DNA of 32,000 bases from an uncultured Erysipelotrichaceae bacterium (GCA_942493105.1 OW818668.1:600001-632000), one strand, 5' to 3'. Counted from the stretch's first letter, positions 1 through 9,732 are shown. The notes: generated by a model from the sequence alone, not told the origin. Program-made: numbers and translations.

Positions 1-78
1 TAATCCAGAATCACCACACCCACTTAATCCTGTAGCCACCATCAATATTATAGTTAATATCCAAATTGTTTTTTTCAT
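1..78 (-). CDS. Lipoprotein, N-terminal fragment (gene continues off the left edge)
   Basis: Reverse complement of 1..78 reads MKKTIWILTIILMVATGLSGCGDSGL: basic n-region, hydrophobic core, lipobox L-S-G-C. ATG at 76-78. Absent from the ORF track because the window truncates it. Confidence 0.5.
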   Translation of the reverse strand, partial: MKKTIWILTIILMVATGLSGCGDSGL

Positions 79-242
79 GATGAATCTTTCCTGAGATCCC
101 CAATTGTGAACTCATTTTATTATTTGATTCTAAATCATAAGACTTGCTTCTCTGCTTGTATCACTTAACTATAGAATACCCTAATTCTTATTTGATTGTA
201 AACAGAATCGTAAACACTTTTTACATCTGCCTATGCAAAATA

Positions 243-266
243 AAAGTAAGCTGTTAGGCTTACTTT
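243..266 (-). terminator. Intrinsic terminator after the 3D-domain lipoprotein gene
   Basis: Perfect 9-bp stem aaagtaagc (243-251) / gcttacttt (258-266) with a 6-nt loop. On the minus strand it is followed by tattttgc. The stem overlaps the last codons. Confidence 0.5.
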
Positions 267-1102
267 GCGCAGGTCATTTGACCTAAACTGTTTCGCTTCC
301 ACTTCAAGAATCCAACAACCGTAACCTTAGTGCCTTTAGAATTGGCATTGTGGATAACGGTATCCAAATAACCTTCAGTTCCAATGAAGAAGTCTAATCG
401 ATTGGTGGTTATCGCACCGCCTCGATCAGCGACCAGTACTTTGAAGGGAACCCCTTCTTTAATACCGCTTCCTGAAAAATGATGATTTGAGATTTCTAGA
501 ACAGTACACAATGGGAAGGCTTTATCAGCAGCTACCATATAGTAACCATCATATGTAATCCCGTTTTTCCATGTTCCATTGCTTTGTCTGACCGCTGTGG
601 CCGAGACTTTTAATAAACTGGCCATAGTGGCCGTTGTAGCGCCAGGTGCTTCACAGCCAACACAATCAAACCCGTAGCGGGAGATGGTTCTGGCATAGAA
701 GTAAGCGCCTTTGGTGACTTTAGCACCATACTGATAGGTAACAGGGACAGCTTGGATAAGCTGTTCTGAACCTGGGATTTTGACTTTAGATAGAATATTT
801 CCATCAAGGTCATAGGTAATACGATAGGTAGTTGCGAGTTGCGAAGGGCTACCCGACTTTACTTTCGAAATCAACCATCTATAACCTGTTCTACTGGAAG
901 CGTAAGCTAATTCAACGACTTTTTGTGTTGCCACAACTTCATATTCTGTAATTTCAACAATCTTGTAGGGCACCGTATCATTGACACTCAGAAAAGCATT
1001 TTCCTGAGATTGTTGTAATACGATGTTTGTAGACTCCAATGTTGAGCATGATGCAAGCATCACAATCATTGATAGTCCAATCAGTCTTTTCAAAGGGTAC
1101 AA
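260..1102 (-). CDS. Lipoprotein with C-terminal 3D (MltA-like double-psi barrel) domain, likely cell-wall associated; possible G5-like middle segment
   Basis: Signal peptide plus lipobox MLASC. C-terminus has MVAADKAFPLCTVLEIS ... VADRGGAITTNRLDFFIG, matching the three-Asp 3D-domain pattern. SD aaggagga lies upstream. Confidence 0.7.
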   Translation of the reverse strand: MYPLKRLIGLSMIVMLASCSTLESTNIVLQQSQENAFLSVNDTVPYKIVEITEYEVVATQKVVELAYASSRTGYRWLISKVKSGSPSQLATTYRITYDLDGNILSKVKIPGSEQLIQAVPVTYQYGAKVTKGAYFYARTISRYGFDCVGCEAPGATTATMASLLKVSATAVRQSNGTWKNGITYDGYYMVAADKAFPLCTVLEISNHHFSGSGIKEGVPFKVLVADRGGAITTNRLDFFIGTEGYLDTVIHNANSKGTKVTVVGFLKWKRNSLGQMTCAK

Positions 1103-1198
1103 ACAATTCCTCCTTGATAACGGGAGTATTTTTACACAAGTTTATGAGTTTGTCAAATTTTCGGGCTTAAAACCAGGGTTTTTTGACCATTATGGGAA

Positions 1199-1966
1199 TT
1201 ATTCAAAGAGTTTCACATAGTTTCTTTCGAGGATTTCTTGAAGTTCACTAGAGCTTATCCCACGAAGTTCAGCGATTTTTTCTCCCGTATGTTTGACATA
1301 AGCACTCTCATTTCGATGGCCTCTGAAAGGATGAGGCGTAAGGTATGGACTATCTGTTTCAATCAATAAATGATTTAAATCGATGCCTTTTGCGACTTCA
1401 ACTGGGACATGAGCATTTTTAAAGGTCACTGGACCTGCAAGCGAGATCATATATCCTAACTTACTAAATTCCTTGGCCATTTCAAGTGAACTCGAGAAAC
1501 AATGCATGATCCCTTTACGTGTCACAGGATGGGCTTTCAATAAATTATAGGTCCTTTGGATCGAATCTCGTGAATGAACGAGGATGGGCTTGTTTAAAGC
1601 ATTAGCCAATTCAATTTGACGAATAAAAACAGTTTCTTGAATTTGATGATGAATGGGATCTTTATCCCAATAAAAATCTAGCCCAATTTCACCGATGGCG
1701 ATCGTTAAAGGATCCTTCATCATGATTTCCATTTCATCCCATTCTGCTTGTGTTAAATTCAAGACATCTTCAGGATGAAAACCAACTGCGACTTTAAAAA
1801 TTGGATCTTTCTTCGCTAAGGCTAAAGCTCGCTTAGCGCCTTCGATTTGACAACCAATCAATATGATTCTTTTTATGTCATTGGTTTTCGCTCTGTCTAT
1901 GACTTCTTGTATATCATTTTCAAATTCTGCTTCTGCCAAATGGGCATGTGTATCACTCCAGCTCAT
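1199..1966 (-). CDS. tatD: TatD-family metal-dependent DNase/hydrolase (YabD-like)
   Basis: N-terminal SDTHAHL motif, then GEIGLDFYW, HSRD and ETDSPYL motifs. I prefer the ATG at 1964-1966 (MSWSDTHAHL), 1 nt after the mnmE stop, over the track start at 2002. Confidence 0.85.
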   Translation of the reverse strand: MSWSDTHAHLAEAEFENDIQEVIDRAKTNDIKRIILIGCQIEGAKRALALAKKDPIFKVAVGFHPEDVLNLTQAEWDEMEIMMKDPLTIAIGEIGLDFYWDKDPIHHQIQETVFIRQIELANALNKPILVHSRDSIQRTYNLLKAHPVTRKGIMHCFSSSLEMAKEFSKLGYMISLAGPVTFKNAHVPVEVAKGIDLNHLLIETDSPYLTPHPFRGHRNESAYVKHTGEKIAELRGISSSELQEILERNYVKLFE

Positions 1967-1967
1967 T

Positions 1968-3305
1968 TTATTTACCCAAACAGAATCGAGCGAACAATTC
2001 ATCAGCGATCGATGTGTTGTTTTCAGGATCGGTCAATGCGCATATGGATTCATATGCCGCGGTAAGATCGATATTGATGAGGTCAACCGCGACTTCATCT
2101 TTGATCGCAATAAGCGCTGAATCCATTGATTGTAGGGCTTGTCTAACCAGTCCTACCATTCTTTCATTGTTTAAAACAGGCTTTGTGAAAACAAATTGGT
2201 CAGCTTCATAGCGTTCATTCAGTTGATCGATCAAAGCTTTGATGTCTTTATGAAGGGCACTGACTTCCAGTCGATTTGATTTTGAATTTAGATCTTTTTT
2301 ATTGTAGATGATGATGGTTTTATTTGGATCTAGTTTTGATAAGACCTGTTGTTCATCTTGATCTAAAGGTTTTGAGCCATCTGCCACAAACAAAATGAGT
2401 TGCGCATCTTTGATGATCTGGTATGTTTTTTCGATCCCGAGTTTTTCGATTCGATCTTCACTTTCACGTAAACCAGCGGTATCCATCAAGTGTAAGGTAA
2501 CCTTATCTAGTCTGATGGTTCCTTCGACCACATCTCTGGTGGTCCCTGGAATTTCAGTCACGATGGCTTTATCTTCATTAAGTAAGGCATTGAGTAAAGA
2601 TGACTTCCCCACATTAGGTTTCCCAATGATGGCTGTTTTGACCCCTTCTCGCATACGCTGTCCGCTTTGAGCTTCCTTAAGGATATGAACCAATTTGTCT
2701 CTGAATTCTACACATAAAGGAAGAAGTTGTTGACGTGTGATTTGTTCAATATCGTATTCGGGATAATCGATGTTGACTTCGATGTGGGCGATGATCGCTA
2801 AGAGTTCTTCTTTTAAAGGTTCGCTTAATTGCGATAAGGAGCCTTTGAGCTGATTAAGTGCCAGCTTTGCGCTTTGTTCGCTATCTGCTTCAATCAACGC
2901 ATTAACACCTTCCGCTTGGGCCAAATCGATTCTGCCATGTAGAACTGCCCTTTGGGTAAATTCACCTGGACGCGCCAATCTTGCCCCTGCACCAATGATC
3001 AGCGATAAGATTTTCTGGGTAACGTAAACACCACCATGTGTGTGGATTTCAACCACATCTTCTCGTGTATAAGACTTAGGTCCTTTCATGACTAAAATAA
3101 GGACTTCATCGATTTGTTCATCTGTGAGCGGATCATGAATAAAACCATAGCAGATGCGATGATCTTGGTTTTTAAGGTTGAGATGAGTCAGTCTTTCAGC
3201 GATTTCGATGGCATCATCACCACTGATTCGACAAATGGAAATGGCTTGCGTCTGTAAAGACGTCGCCAAAGCCACAATAGGGTCTAATTTCATGTCAGTC
3301 TTCAA
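1968..3305 (-). CDS. mnmE: tRNA modification GTPase MnmE
   Basis: G-domain motifs GKPNVGKSSLLN, DTAGLR, NKKDL, and the C-terminal FCLGK signature of MnmE. An alternative start is Met5 (3293). Confidence 0.95.
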   Translation of the reverse strand: MKTDMKLDPIVALATSLQTQAISICRISGDDAIEIAERLTHLNLKNQDHRICYGFIHDPLTDEQIDEVLILVMKGPKSYTREDVVEIHTHGGVYVTQKILSLIIGAGARLARPGEFTQRAVLHGRIDLAQAEGVNALIEADSEQSAKLALNQLKGSLSQLSEPLKEELLAIIAHIEVNIDYPEYDIEQITRQQLLPLCVEFRDKLVHILKEAQSGQRMREGVKTAIIGKPNVGKSSLLNALLNEDKAIVTEIPGTTRDVVEGTIRLDKVTLHLMDTAGLRESEDRIEKLGIEKTYQIIKDAQLILFVADGSKPLDQDEQQVLSKLDPNKTIIIYNKKDLNSKSNRLEVSALHKDIKALIDQLNERYEADQFVFTKPVLNNERMVGLVRQALQSMDSALIAIKDEVAVDLINIDLTAAYESICALTDPENNTSIADELFARFCLGK

Positions 3306-4149
3306 TGACTCCCATAAGTTCTAGTAAGCGGTTTAAATCATCATCATCTTGGTAGTTGATGGTCACGGCTTTGTGATCGATCTTAACTTTGGTTTGAAAT
3401 TTGTTGGTCAGTAATCTTTCCGCATAACTATAGTCTGTGGTTTTGATTTCAGGTTTGGTTGAGGTCTTTTTATCTTTGACCAGTTTTTCAACATCTCTGG
3501 CACTCAAACCTTCTTTGACGATCTTTTCGGCTAAGGTTTGAATCTTGTGTGGATCATCTAAAGTAATCAAAGGTTTAACTTGACCCATCGTCAATACTTT
3601 ATTTAACAGTAAATCTTGGACAGACTTAGGTAACTGTAAAAGACGCAAAGTGTTGGTGATATGAACCCTGCTTTTACCTACTTTTTTCGCTAAAGTTTCT
3701 TGAGTCATGTTCATGCGGGTTAAGATATTATCATAAGCCTTGGCTTCTTCGATGATGTTGAGATCTTCACGCTGTATGTTTTCAATCAGTGAGATTTCCA
3801 TCATTTCTGATTCTGTAAATTCTAGAATGATTGAAGGAATGGTCTTAAGTTGAGCTACTTTAGCAGCTCTTAATCGTCTTTCTCCCGCAATCAATTGATA
3901 ACCGCTTACTGCTTTTCTTATTAAGATTGGGGTAAAAACACCGTGTTCACGGATGGATTGAGCCAATTCTTCGATTTTTACTTCATCGAAATGGATCCTG
4001 GGTTGATAAGGATTAGGATGTATCAATTCTAGTGGTACTTCTTCAGAGTTATTGGCATGTGAGCGTTGGATCTCTTCCAATACTGTACTGACATTTTCTC
4101 CAAAAATGGCTTCTAGGCCTCTACCTAGACGAGGTTTTTCATCAGCCAT
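3295..4149 (-). CDS. parB: Chromosome partitioning protein ParB/Spo0J
   Basis: N-terminal LGRGLEAIFG, ParB box IAGERRLRAA, HTH segment. Lies immediately downstream of soj. Confidence 0.9.
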   Translation of the reverse strand: MADEKPRLGRGLEAIFGENVSTVLEEIQRSHANNSEEVPLELIHPNPYQPRIHFDEVKIEELAQSIREHGVFTPILIRKAVSGYQLIAGERRLRAAKVAQLKTIPSIILEFTESEMMEISLIENIQREDLNIIEEAKAYDNILTRMNMTQETLAKKVGKSRVHITNTLRLLQLPKSVQDLLLNKVLTMGQVKPLITLDDPHKIQTLAEKIVKEGLSARDVEKLVKDKKTSTKPEIKTTDYSYAERLLTNKFQTKVKIDHKAVTINYQDDDDLNRLLELMGVIED

Positions 4150-4151
4150 AC

Positions 4152-4928
4152 TTATTCCTCCTTCTTGTTGGCAGCCAAGACTTCTTTCGCTAATGCAGCA
4201 TAAGCTTTGGCGCCTTCTGATCGAACATCATATTCAAATATGCTTTGTCCACGTGATGGGGCTTCTGATAATTTTATGTTTCTGGGAATAAATGAACGAT
4301 AGACCCTTTCTTTAAAGTACTTACGAACTTCTTGTTGAACTTCTAAACTCAACTTGGTCCTTGCATCAAACATGGTCAATAAGAGTCCTTCAATGATCAG
4401 CTTATCATTGAATAAACGCTGTACCAATCTTATGGTAGAAAGCAATTGAGTTAAACCTTCCAAGGCATAGTATTCACATTGAACAGGGATAAGAACAGAA
4501 TCTGCAGCCGTCAGTGCATTGGTATTTAGTAAACCAAGTGATGGAGGACAATCAATGATGATATAGTCATATTCGTGTTTGATGACGTCGAGTTTATTCT
4601 TAAGCAAACGTTCTCTGCCAACTTTATAATCAGCCATTTCTAGATCAGCTCCAGCTAAATCAATGGTTGCTGGAATCAGCGTCAATGGGGGATGGATCAA
4701 TTTTAGCGCAACTTCTTTGACAGTATGATTCTCCATCAAAACATTGTAAACACTGAGCTTGATGCTTTCTCTAGGTGTTCCAACGCCTTGGGTGGTATTG
4801 CCTTGCGGATCAAAATCAACCAAAAGCACTTTTTGGTTAAAGTAAGATAAGCCAGCAGCTAAATTGATGGCTGTCGTTGTTTTACCTACTCCGCCTTTTT
4901 GATTCGCAACTGCTATGATTTTGCCCAT
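4152..4928 (-). CDS. soj: Chromosome partitioning ATPase ParA/Soj
   Basis: Deviant Walker A NQKGGVGKTTT, and IIIDCPPSLG. Confidence 0.95.
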   Translation of the reverse strand: MGKIIAVANQKGGVGKTTTAINLAAGLSYFNQKVLLVDFDPQGNTTQGVGTPRESIKLSVYNVLMENHTVKEVALKLIHPPLTLIPATIDLAGADLEMADYKVGRERLLKNKLDVIKHEYDYIIIDCPPSLGLLNTNALTAADSVLIPVQCEYYALEGLTQLLSTIRLVQRLFNDKLIIEGLLLTMFDARTKLSLEVQQEVRKYFKERVYRSFIPRNIKLSEAPSRGQSIFEYDVRSEGAKAYAALAKEVLAANKKEE

Positions 4929-4940
4929 ACGTCTCTCTTT

Positions 4941-5699
4941 CTACTTTTTGAATCGGATCACGAATTCGATCGCATCCTCTTTATCGGTTTGTTTATAATC
5001 AAGTTTGATCCCAGTTCTTTCAATCATTTTGATTGAAGCAATGATCGTGTTTACAGCAATCTGTAGGTTTCGTGTAATGCCTTTAGTCGTTGGTTTTCTT
5101 TTAGGTTCAGTCGCATGATGTTCAATCAAAGCTTCGGTTTGTCTCACATTTAGATTTTGACCGATCACTTTATTGAAGATGCCTAATCTTTCTTGTGGAT
5201 CAGCCGCCAATAAAGCTCTGGCATGTCGTTCTGTGATTTGATGAGTAGATACCGCATCTTGTATTTCTTGAGGCAATTGAAGCAAGCGGATCTTGTTGGC
5301 GACAGAAGATTGTGACTTACCCATTTTTTGAGCAATCTTATCTTGAGTCAAAGCTTGATTTTCAATCATGACCAAGAAAGCTTTCGCTTCTTCGATGGCA
5401 GACAGATCTTCGCGTTGAATGTTTTCAACTAGAGCCATTTCTGCCAATTGAGTATCATTAACTTGTGAAATGATACAGGGTATGGCTGTATATCCAAGTA
5501 AAGTCATGGCCCTGAACCGGCGTTCACCTGCGATGATTTCAAATCCTCTTTCAATCGGTCTGACCGAAATCGGTTGGATCAACCCGTTTTCTTTTATGGA
5601 TGTGGCCAGTTCTTTCAATGTATCGTCGTCAAAATTCAAACGAGGCTGATAACGATTGGACTGGATCAAATGGACTGCAATTTCACGGGTTTCCTGCAT
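4941..5699 (-). CDS. noc: Second ParB-family paralog, Noc-like nucleoid occlusion protein (assigned by synteny)
   Basis: ParB box IAGERRFRAM. Its position between rsmG and soj matches B. subtilis rsmG-noc-soj-spo0J. It lacks the GRGL N-terminus of Spo0J. Confidence 0.65.
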   Translation of the reverse strand: MQETREIAVHLIQSNRYQPRLNFDDDTLKELATSIKENGLIQPISVRPIERGFEIIAGERRFRAMTLLGYTAIPCIISQVNDTQLAEMALVENIQREDLSAIEEAKAFLVMIENQALTQDKIAQKMGKSQSSVANKIRLLQLPQEIQDAVSTHQITERHARALLAADPQERLGIFNKVIGQNLNVRQTEALIEHHATEPKRKPTTKGITRNLQIAVNTIIASIKMIERTGIKLDYKQTDKEDAIEFVIRFKK

Positions 5700-5707
5700 A
5701 ACTTCTC

Positions 5708-6403
5708 CTATAGGGGGTTCTTTTTGATTTGATTGTAAGCTCTAGGATAACTGGCTTTGGTTGTTTTGGTTTTTTGAAAGACAAGGTTTACTCTTAATCC
5801 AGCAGTAGGTAGTGTGACAGGTTTTGCCTCTAGTACAGTGAGATTCAGCAATCCTATTGCTTTTTGAGCCTCATTGAGTTCTTCAAGTGCTTTTTGGCCT
5901 TTCATCGCGATCATCAGACCACCAACTTTAATCAAAGGTACACAAAGTTCAAGCAAGATGGAAAGCGATGCGACGGCTCGTGCTGTTACCACATCGTAAG
6001 TTTCACGAAGATGTGTGAGTTCTTCAGCGCGTTTGTTGAGCACTTCTACGTTTTTTAAACCCAATTCATCGATGACTGTTTGTAGAAATAGACATCGTTT
6101 TGTGGTGGGTTCAATCAAGGTAACTTGGATATCATCACGAATGATTGCTAAACACAATCCAGGAAAACCAGCACCAGAACCTACATCAGCGACTTTATCA
6201 CCTGCTTTTATGTGAGGTGATATCAAACAACTGTCTAGGAAATGTTTCTCAACGACTTCCTGTGGATCGATTATGGCCGTTAGGTTCATCACTTTGTTGA
6301 CTTCGATCAAACGATCTAGATAGGTCTCAAACTGAGCCATAACGACGTTTAAATCGCGAGTAGTGAACACGCTAAGTTGGTGTTTGAAAGTTTCCTGATT
6401 CAT
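5708..6403 (-). CDS. rsmG: 16S rRNA (guanine527-N7)-methyltransferase RsmG
   Basis: SAM-binding motif DVGSGAGFPGL. Located downstream of mnmG. Confidence 0.9.
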   Translation of the reverse strand: MNQETFKHQLSVFTTRDLNVVMAQFETYLDRLIEVNKVMNLTAIIDPQEVVEKHFLDSCLISPHIKAGDKVADVGSGAGFPGLCLAIIRDDIQVTLIEPTTKRCLFLQTVIDELGLKNVEVLNKRAEELTHLRETYDVVTARAVASLSILLELCVPLIKVGGLMIAMKGQKALEELNEAQKAIGLLNLTVLEAKPVTLPTAGLRVNLVFQKTKTTKASYPRAYNQIKKNPL

Positions 6404-6435
6404 ATAAGAATTATAACAAATTCCACTCTGCTTTT

Positions 6436-8304
6436 TTAGTCTTTGTCTGATTTGTTTTTCCTGATGGCCAAGAAATTGACCAGCACGGTGATGTCTGCAG
6501 GATTCACTCCAGAAATCCTTGAGGCTTGGCCTAAAGTCAGAGGACGAATTTTTGTGAGTTTTTGGCGACCTTCTATGGAGAGATGTGGAACTTGCGCATA
6601 ATCAAAGGTAGGATCCAGTTTATAGTTGTTGAGGGTCTCATGACGCTTAGCTTCTTTTAGAGCTTTTGCGATATAACCTTCATATTTGATTTCAATCTCT
6701 GCTTGATCGATGACTTCTTGTTCAAAAGGTGTGAAGTCAAAGAAAGGTTGAAGATCTAGATTGGTGATATGCGGGCGTTTAAGGCATTCATAGGCACTTA
6801 AGCCTTCTGTCATGTCGGTATAGCCCTTTTCTTTCATCAATTCGTTGACTTGATCTTTAACAGTATATCGAACTTGCTTAAGCAGTGTGATGAGTTGTTG
6901 AGTAGAGTCGGCTCGTTGGCGAACTTTTTCTATACGATACTGAGGTAATAAACCAATCACATACCCTTTTTCAGATAATCGTGTTTCTGCATTGTCATGT
7001 CTAAGCAGTAATCTGTGTTCTGCACGCGATGTCAATAAACGATACGGCTCTTGCGTTCCTTTGGTGACCAGATCATCGATCATGACCCCAATATACGCTT
7101 CATCTCGCCCCAATATAAAAGGTTCTTTACCTTGAAGTTGAAGGGCCGCGTTGATACCAGCTACTAAACCTTGACCTGCTGCTTCTTCATAACCGCTGGT
7201 CCCATTGATTTGTCCTGCACAGAAAAGATGCTTGATGGTTTTAACTTCTAGGGTTGGGTAAAGCTGAGTTGGTTCAATCGCGTCATATTCGATCGCATAG
7301 GCATACTTATCAATGACACAGTGTTCTAATCCAGGTAATGAACGAATCATCTCGTCTTGAACCTCATGAGGCATAGAGGTTGAAAAGCCTTGGGTATAGG
7401 TCGTATCTAAAGATTTTGATTCTGGTTCTAAGAAGATTTGATGACGATCTTTATCCGCAAATCGAACCAGTTTATCTTCGATCGATGGGCAATAACGAGG
7501 TCCTACCCCTTCAACAAGCCCTGAATACATTGCAGATCGTTTGAGGTTCAGTTTGATCACTTCATGTGTTTTGGGCTGTGTATAAATTAGGAAACAAGGC
7601 ACTTGTTCTTTTGGAAATTTCTCTTGTGGGAAATCCATTGAAAAGTGGATGAATTGTTGATCACCAGGTTGAAGAAGACCTTTTGAGAAATCAATCGAGT
7701 TCGTTTTGATGCGTGGAGGTGTTCCTGTTTTTAACCTAAAAGTCTTAAGACCTGCATCTCTAAGCGATTGTGATAATAAACTGGTGGTTGGTTCTCCTTC
7801 AGGTCCACTGATGGTTGCGGTCGATCCAACCAATATCTTTGAAGACATGTAGGTTCCAGAAGTCAATATGACCGACTCACACATTAGTGTTTCTCCACTT
7901 TCAAGTAATACACCTTGAGCTTTGTTATTTTCAATCAAGATCTTAGTCGCAAGACCTTCTTTGACGTGTAGATTTGGGGTATGATGAACCACATCTTCCA
8001 TCATTTTTGAATAGGCCACTTTATCAGATTGAACTCTTAGACATTGAACGCCTGGTCCTTTGTTGGTATTGAGCATTTTAAACTGTATGGCTGTAAAGTC
8101 TGATGTGATACCCATCTGTCCGCCTAAAGCATCGATTTCACGCACGACAATGCCTTTGGCAGGTCCACCAATCGAAGGATTACAGTTCATGATGCCAATA
8201 CGATGTTCATTGCTGGTTAAAAGAATGGTTTCAATTCCCATTCGTGCACTTGATAGAGCCGCTTCTATTCCGGCATGTCCTGCTCCTACAACGATAATCC
8301 TCAT
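6436..8304 (-). CDS. mnmG: tRNA uridine 5-carboxymethylaminomethyl modification enzyme MnmG (GidA)
   Basis: FAD motif VVGAGHAGIEAA, 622 aa, characteristic GQINGTSGYEEAAGQG. Confidence 0.97.
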   Translation of the reverse strand: MRIIVVGAGHAGIEAALSSARMGIETILLTSNEHRIGIMNCNPSIGGPAKGIVVREIDALGGQMGITSDFTAIQFKMLNTNKGPGVQCLRVQSDKVAYSKMMEDVVHHTPNLHVKEGLATKILIENNKAQGVLLESGETLMCESVILTSGTYMSSKILVGSTATISGPEGEPTTSLLSQSLRDAGLKTFRLKTGTPPRIKTNSIDFSKGLLQPGDQQFIHFSMDFPQEKFPKEQVPCFLIYTQPKTHEVIKLNLKRSAMYSGLVEGVGPRYCPSIEDKLVRFADKDRHQIFLEPESKSLDTTYTQGFSTSMPHEVQDEMIRSLPGLEHCVIDKYAYAIEYDAIEPTQLYPTLEVKTIKHLFCAGQINGTSGYEEAAGQGLVAGINAALQLQGKEPFILGRDEAYIGVMIDDLVTKGTQEPYRLLTSRAEHRLLLRHDNAETRLSEKGYVIGLLPQYRIEKVRQRADSTQQLITLLKQVRYTVKDQVNELMKEKGYTDMTEGLSAYECLKRPHITNLDLQPFFDFTPFEQEVIDQAEIEIKYEGYIAKALKEAKRHETLNNYKLDPTFDYAQVPHLSIEGRQKLTKIRPLTLGQASRISGVNPADITVLVNFLAIRKNKSDKD

Positions 8305-8368
8305 GTTTGTCCTCGCTTAACTATTTTAGCACAGACCTGACACTCGCAAACCAAGTAGCGCATTATGG

Positions 8369-8377
8369 TGCTATAAT
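8369..8377 (+). promoter_or_regulatory. Extended -10 promoter element (TGcTATAAT) for the ferritin-like/VIT gene
   Basis: tgctataat at 8369-8377, about 17 nt upstream of the ATG at 8394. SD gaggtga at 8384-8390. Confidence 0.4.
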
Positions 8378-8393
8378 TTTTGTGAGGTGAGTT

Positions 8394-9260
8394 ATGATCA
8401 GCGATAAAATAAAAAAAGATATTTTGAAGATGCAGGAAGGTGAATTGACAGAGTATCATATTTATACTGCCATCGCAAAAGGCATGAAAAATGATAAAAA
8501 TGCTGAAATCATAGCCCGTATTGGGAAAGAAGAAAGAGCACACGCTAAGATTTGGGAAATTTACACCAAAACTGAAGTTAAACCCAATATGAATAAGGTA
8601 AGATGGTATGCCTTTCTTAGTAAAGTGTTTGGATTTACCTTTGCGATCAAATTGATGGAAAATGGAGAAGGCGATGCCAGTATTGCTTATCAAGAAATCG
8701 CCAAAGAAGTTCCTGAAGCTTTAAAAATCGCTGAAGATGAAGATAAACATGAAAAAGCTTTGATTGATTTACTTGATGAAGAACGATTACAGTATGTAGG
8801 TTCAATGGTATTGGGCCTTAATGATGCCTTGGTTGAATTAACAGGAACTTTAGCTGGTTTATCCTTTGCCCTACAAAACACAAAGCTCATCGCTTTGAGC
8901 GGCTTGATCACAGGGATCTCCGCAACTTTATCCATGATGAGTTCTGAATACTTATCTGCGAGATCTGATGGAAATCCACATCCTTTCAAATCAGCAGGGT
9001 ATACAGGGATCATGTATATCGTGGCTGTCGTATTGATGACTTTACCTTATCTATTACTGGATGATTATAGGATCGCCTTGGCAAGTTTATTGATTACTGT
9101 TGTCTTGATCATCTTGGTCTTTACTTATTATGTCTCAGTTGCCAAAGATTTGCCTTTTAAGAAACGTTTCCTAGAAATGGTTTCAATCTCAATGTCGGTT
9201 GCCTTGGTTGCCTTCATCATTGGGGTCATCGTTAAACAATTCTTAGGCATCGAAGTATAA
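8394..9260 (+). CDS. Ferritin-like (erythrin) domain fused to a VIT1/CCC1-family iron/manganese transporter (MbfA-like)
   Basis: N-terminal ELTEYHIYTAIA ... EERAHAKIWE di-iron-type helices. C-terminal half is hydrophobic and VIT-like (LGLNDALVELTG ... SMMSSEYLS). Confidence 0.8.
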   Translation: MISDKIKKDILKMQEGELTEYHIYTAIAKGMKNDKNAEIIARIGKEERAHAKIWEIYTKTEVKPNMNKVRWYAFLSKVFGFTFAIKLMENGEGDASIAYQEIAKEVPEALKIAEDEDKHEKALIDLLDEERLQYVGSMVLGLNDALVELTGTLAGLSFALQNTKLIALSGLITGISATLSMMSSEYLSARSDGNPHPFKSAGYTGIMYIVAVVLMTLPYLLLDDYRIALASLLITVVLIILVFTYYVSVAKDLPFKKRFLEMVSISMSVALVAFIIGVIVKQFLGIEV

Positions 9261-9284
9261 ATAGCTGATCTTATTATGAAGTCT

Positions 9285-9312
9285 AAAAAACGGAGATTTA
9301 TTTCCGTTTTTT
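9285..9312. terminator. Bidirectional intrinsic terminator shared by convergent genes
   Basis: aaaaaacgga (9285-9294) / tccgtttttt (9303-9312) hairpin, with an A-run on one side and a T-run on the other. Confidence 0.6.
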
Positions 9313-9732
9313 ACGTCGTTTCTGTTTAGGATTCATAACAATGATCAGTAAATATCCAAATCCAATCAAAGCCACCTTCCCGATATCGATGTTTGTATCC
9401 GCAAGTGGTGCACTGATATGAGGAAGAAAAACAAAGTATCGAATCTTGATTGGATCGGTCCCATCTGGTTTGATGAATAAAGGTGATCCAATGACTGTTG
9501 ATGTCCCGCTATAGCTTTGATGATCTACGGTAAACGCATAACCCAAACTAAAGGTATAACGATTGGGGATAGGTCCTGAACGTTCCCCCATGATGCGACG
9601 ATACTCTGTGATGATGCCTGTTGTTTGAGCTCCAAAAATCCCTAATGCAACTTGTGTGCAGGCAACCAATATCATGGCTGATCCGATAAAGGTAATGATC
9701 ATACGCCAGAAATTCTTTTTGAGCCACGTCAT
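9298..9732 (-). CDS. Small membrane protein, DUF3592-like
   Basis: N-terminal TM, then a beta-rich segment (TTGIITEYRR ... YAFTVDHQSYSGTS), a C-terminal TM and a basic tail. SD aaaggtga upstream. Confidence 0.55.
   Translation of the reverse strand: MTWLKKNFWRMIITFIGSAMILVACTQVALGIFGAQTTGIITEYRRIMGERSGPIPNRYTFSLGYAFTVDHQSYSGTSTVIGSPLFIKPDGTDPIKIRYFVFLPHISAPLADTNIDIGKVALIGFGYLLIIVMNPKQKRRKKRK

Noticed and set aside
349-357. Perfect DnaA box (TGTGGATAA = TTATCCACA) as a hint of oriC
   Set aside because: It is a single isolated copy inside the 3D-domain CDS. There is no cluster, no AT-rich unwinding element and no dnaA nearby.
1967-2002. N-terminal extensions proposed by the ORF track for tatD (to 2002), lipoprotein B (to 21767), rubrerythrin (to 23919) and the permease (TTG at 11168)
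   Set aside because: The internal ATGs at 1966, 21716, 23871 and 11195 have proper SD spacing. They yield canonical N-termini (SDTHAHL, signal peptide plus lipobox, rubrerythrin helix 1). The extensions overlap upstream genes or regulatory sequence.
3937-3947. Palindrome AACACCGTGTT inside parB as a possible parS
   Set aside because: It does not match the parS consensus beyond being palindromic. It is a short palindrome in coding sequence, expected by chance.
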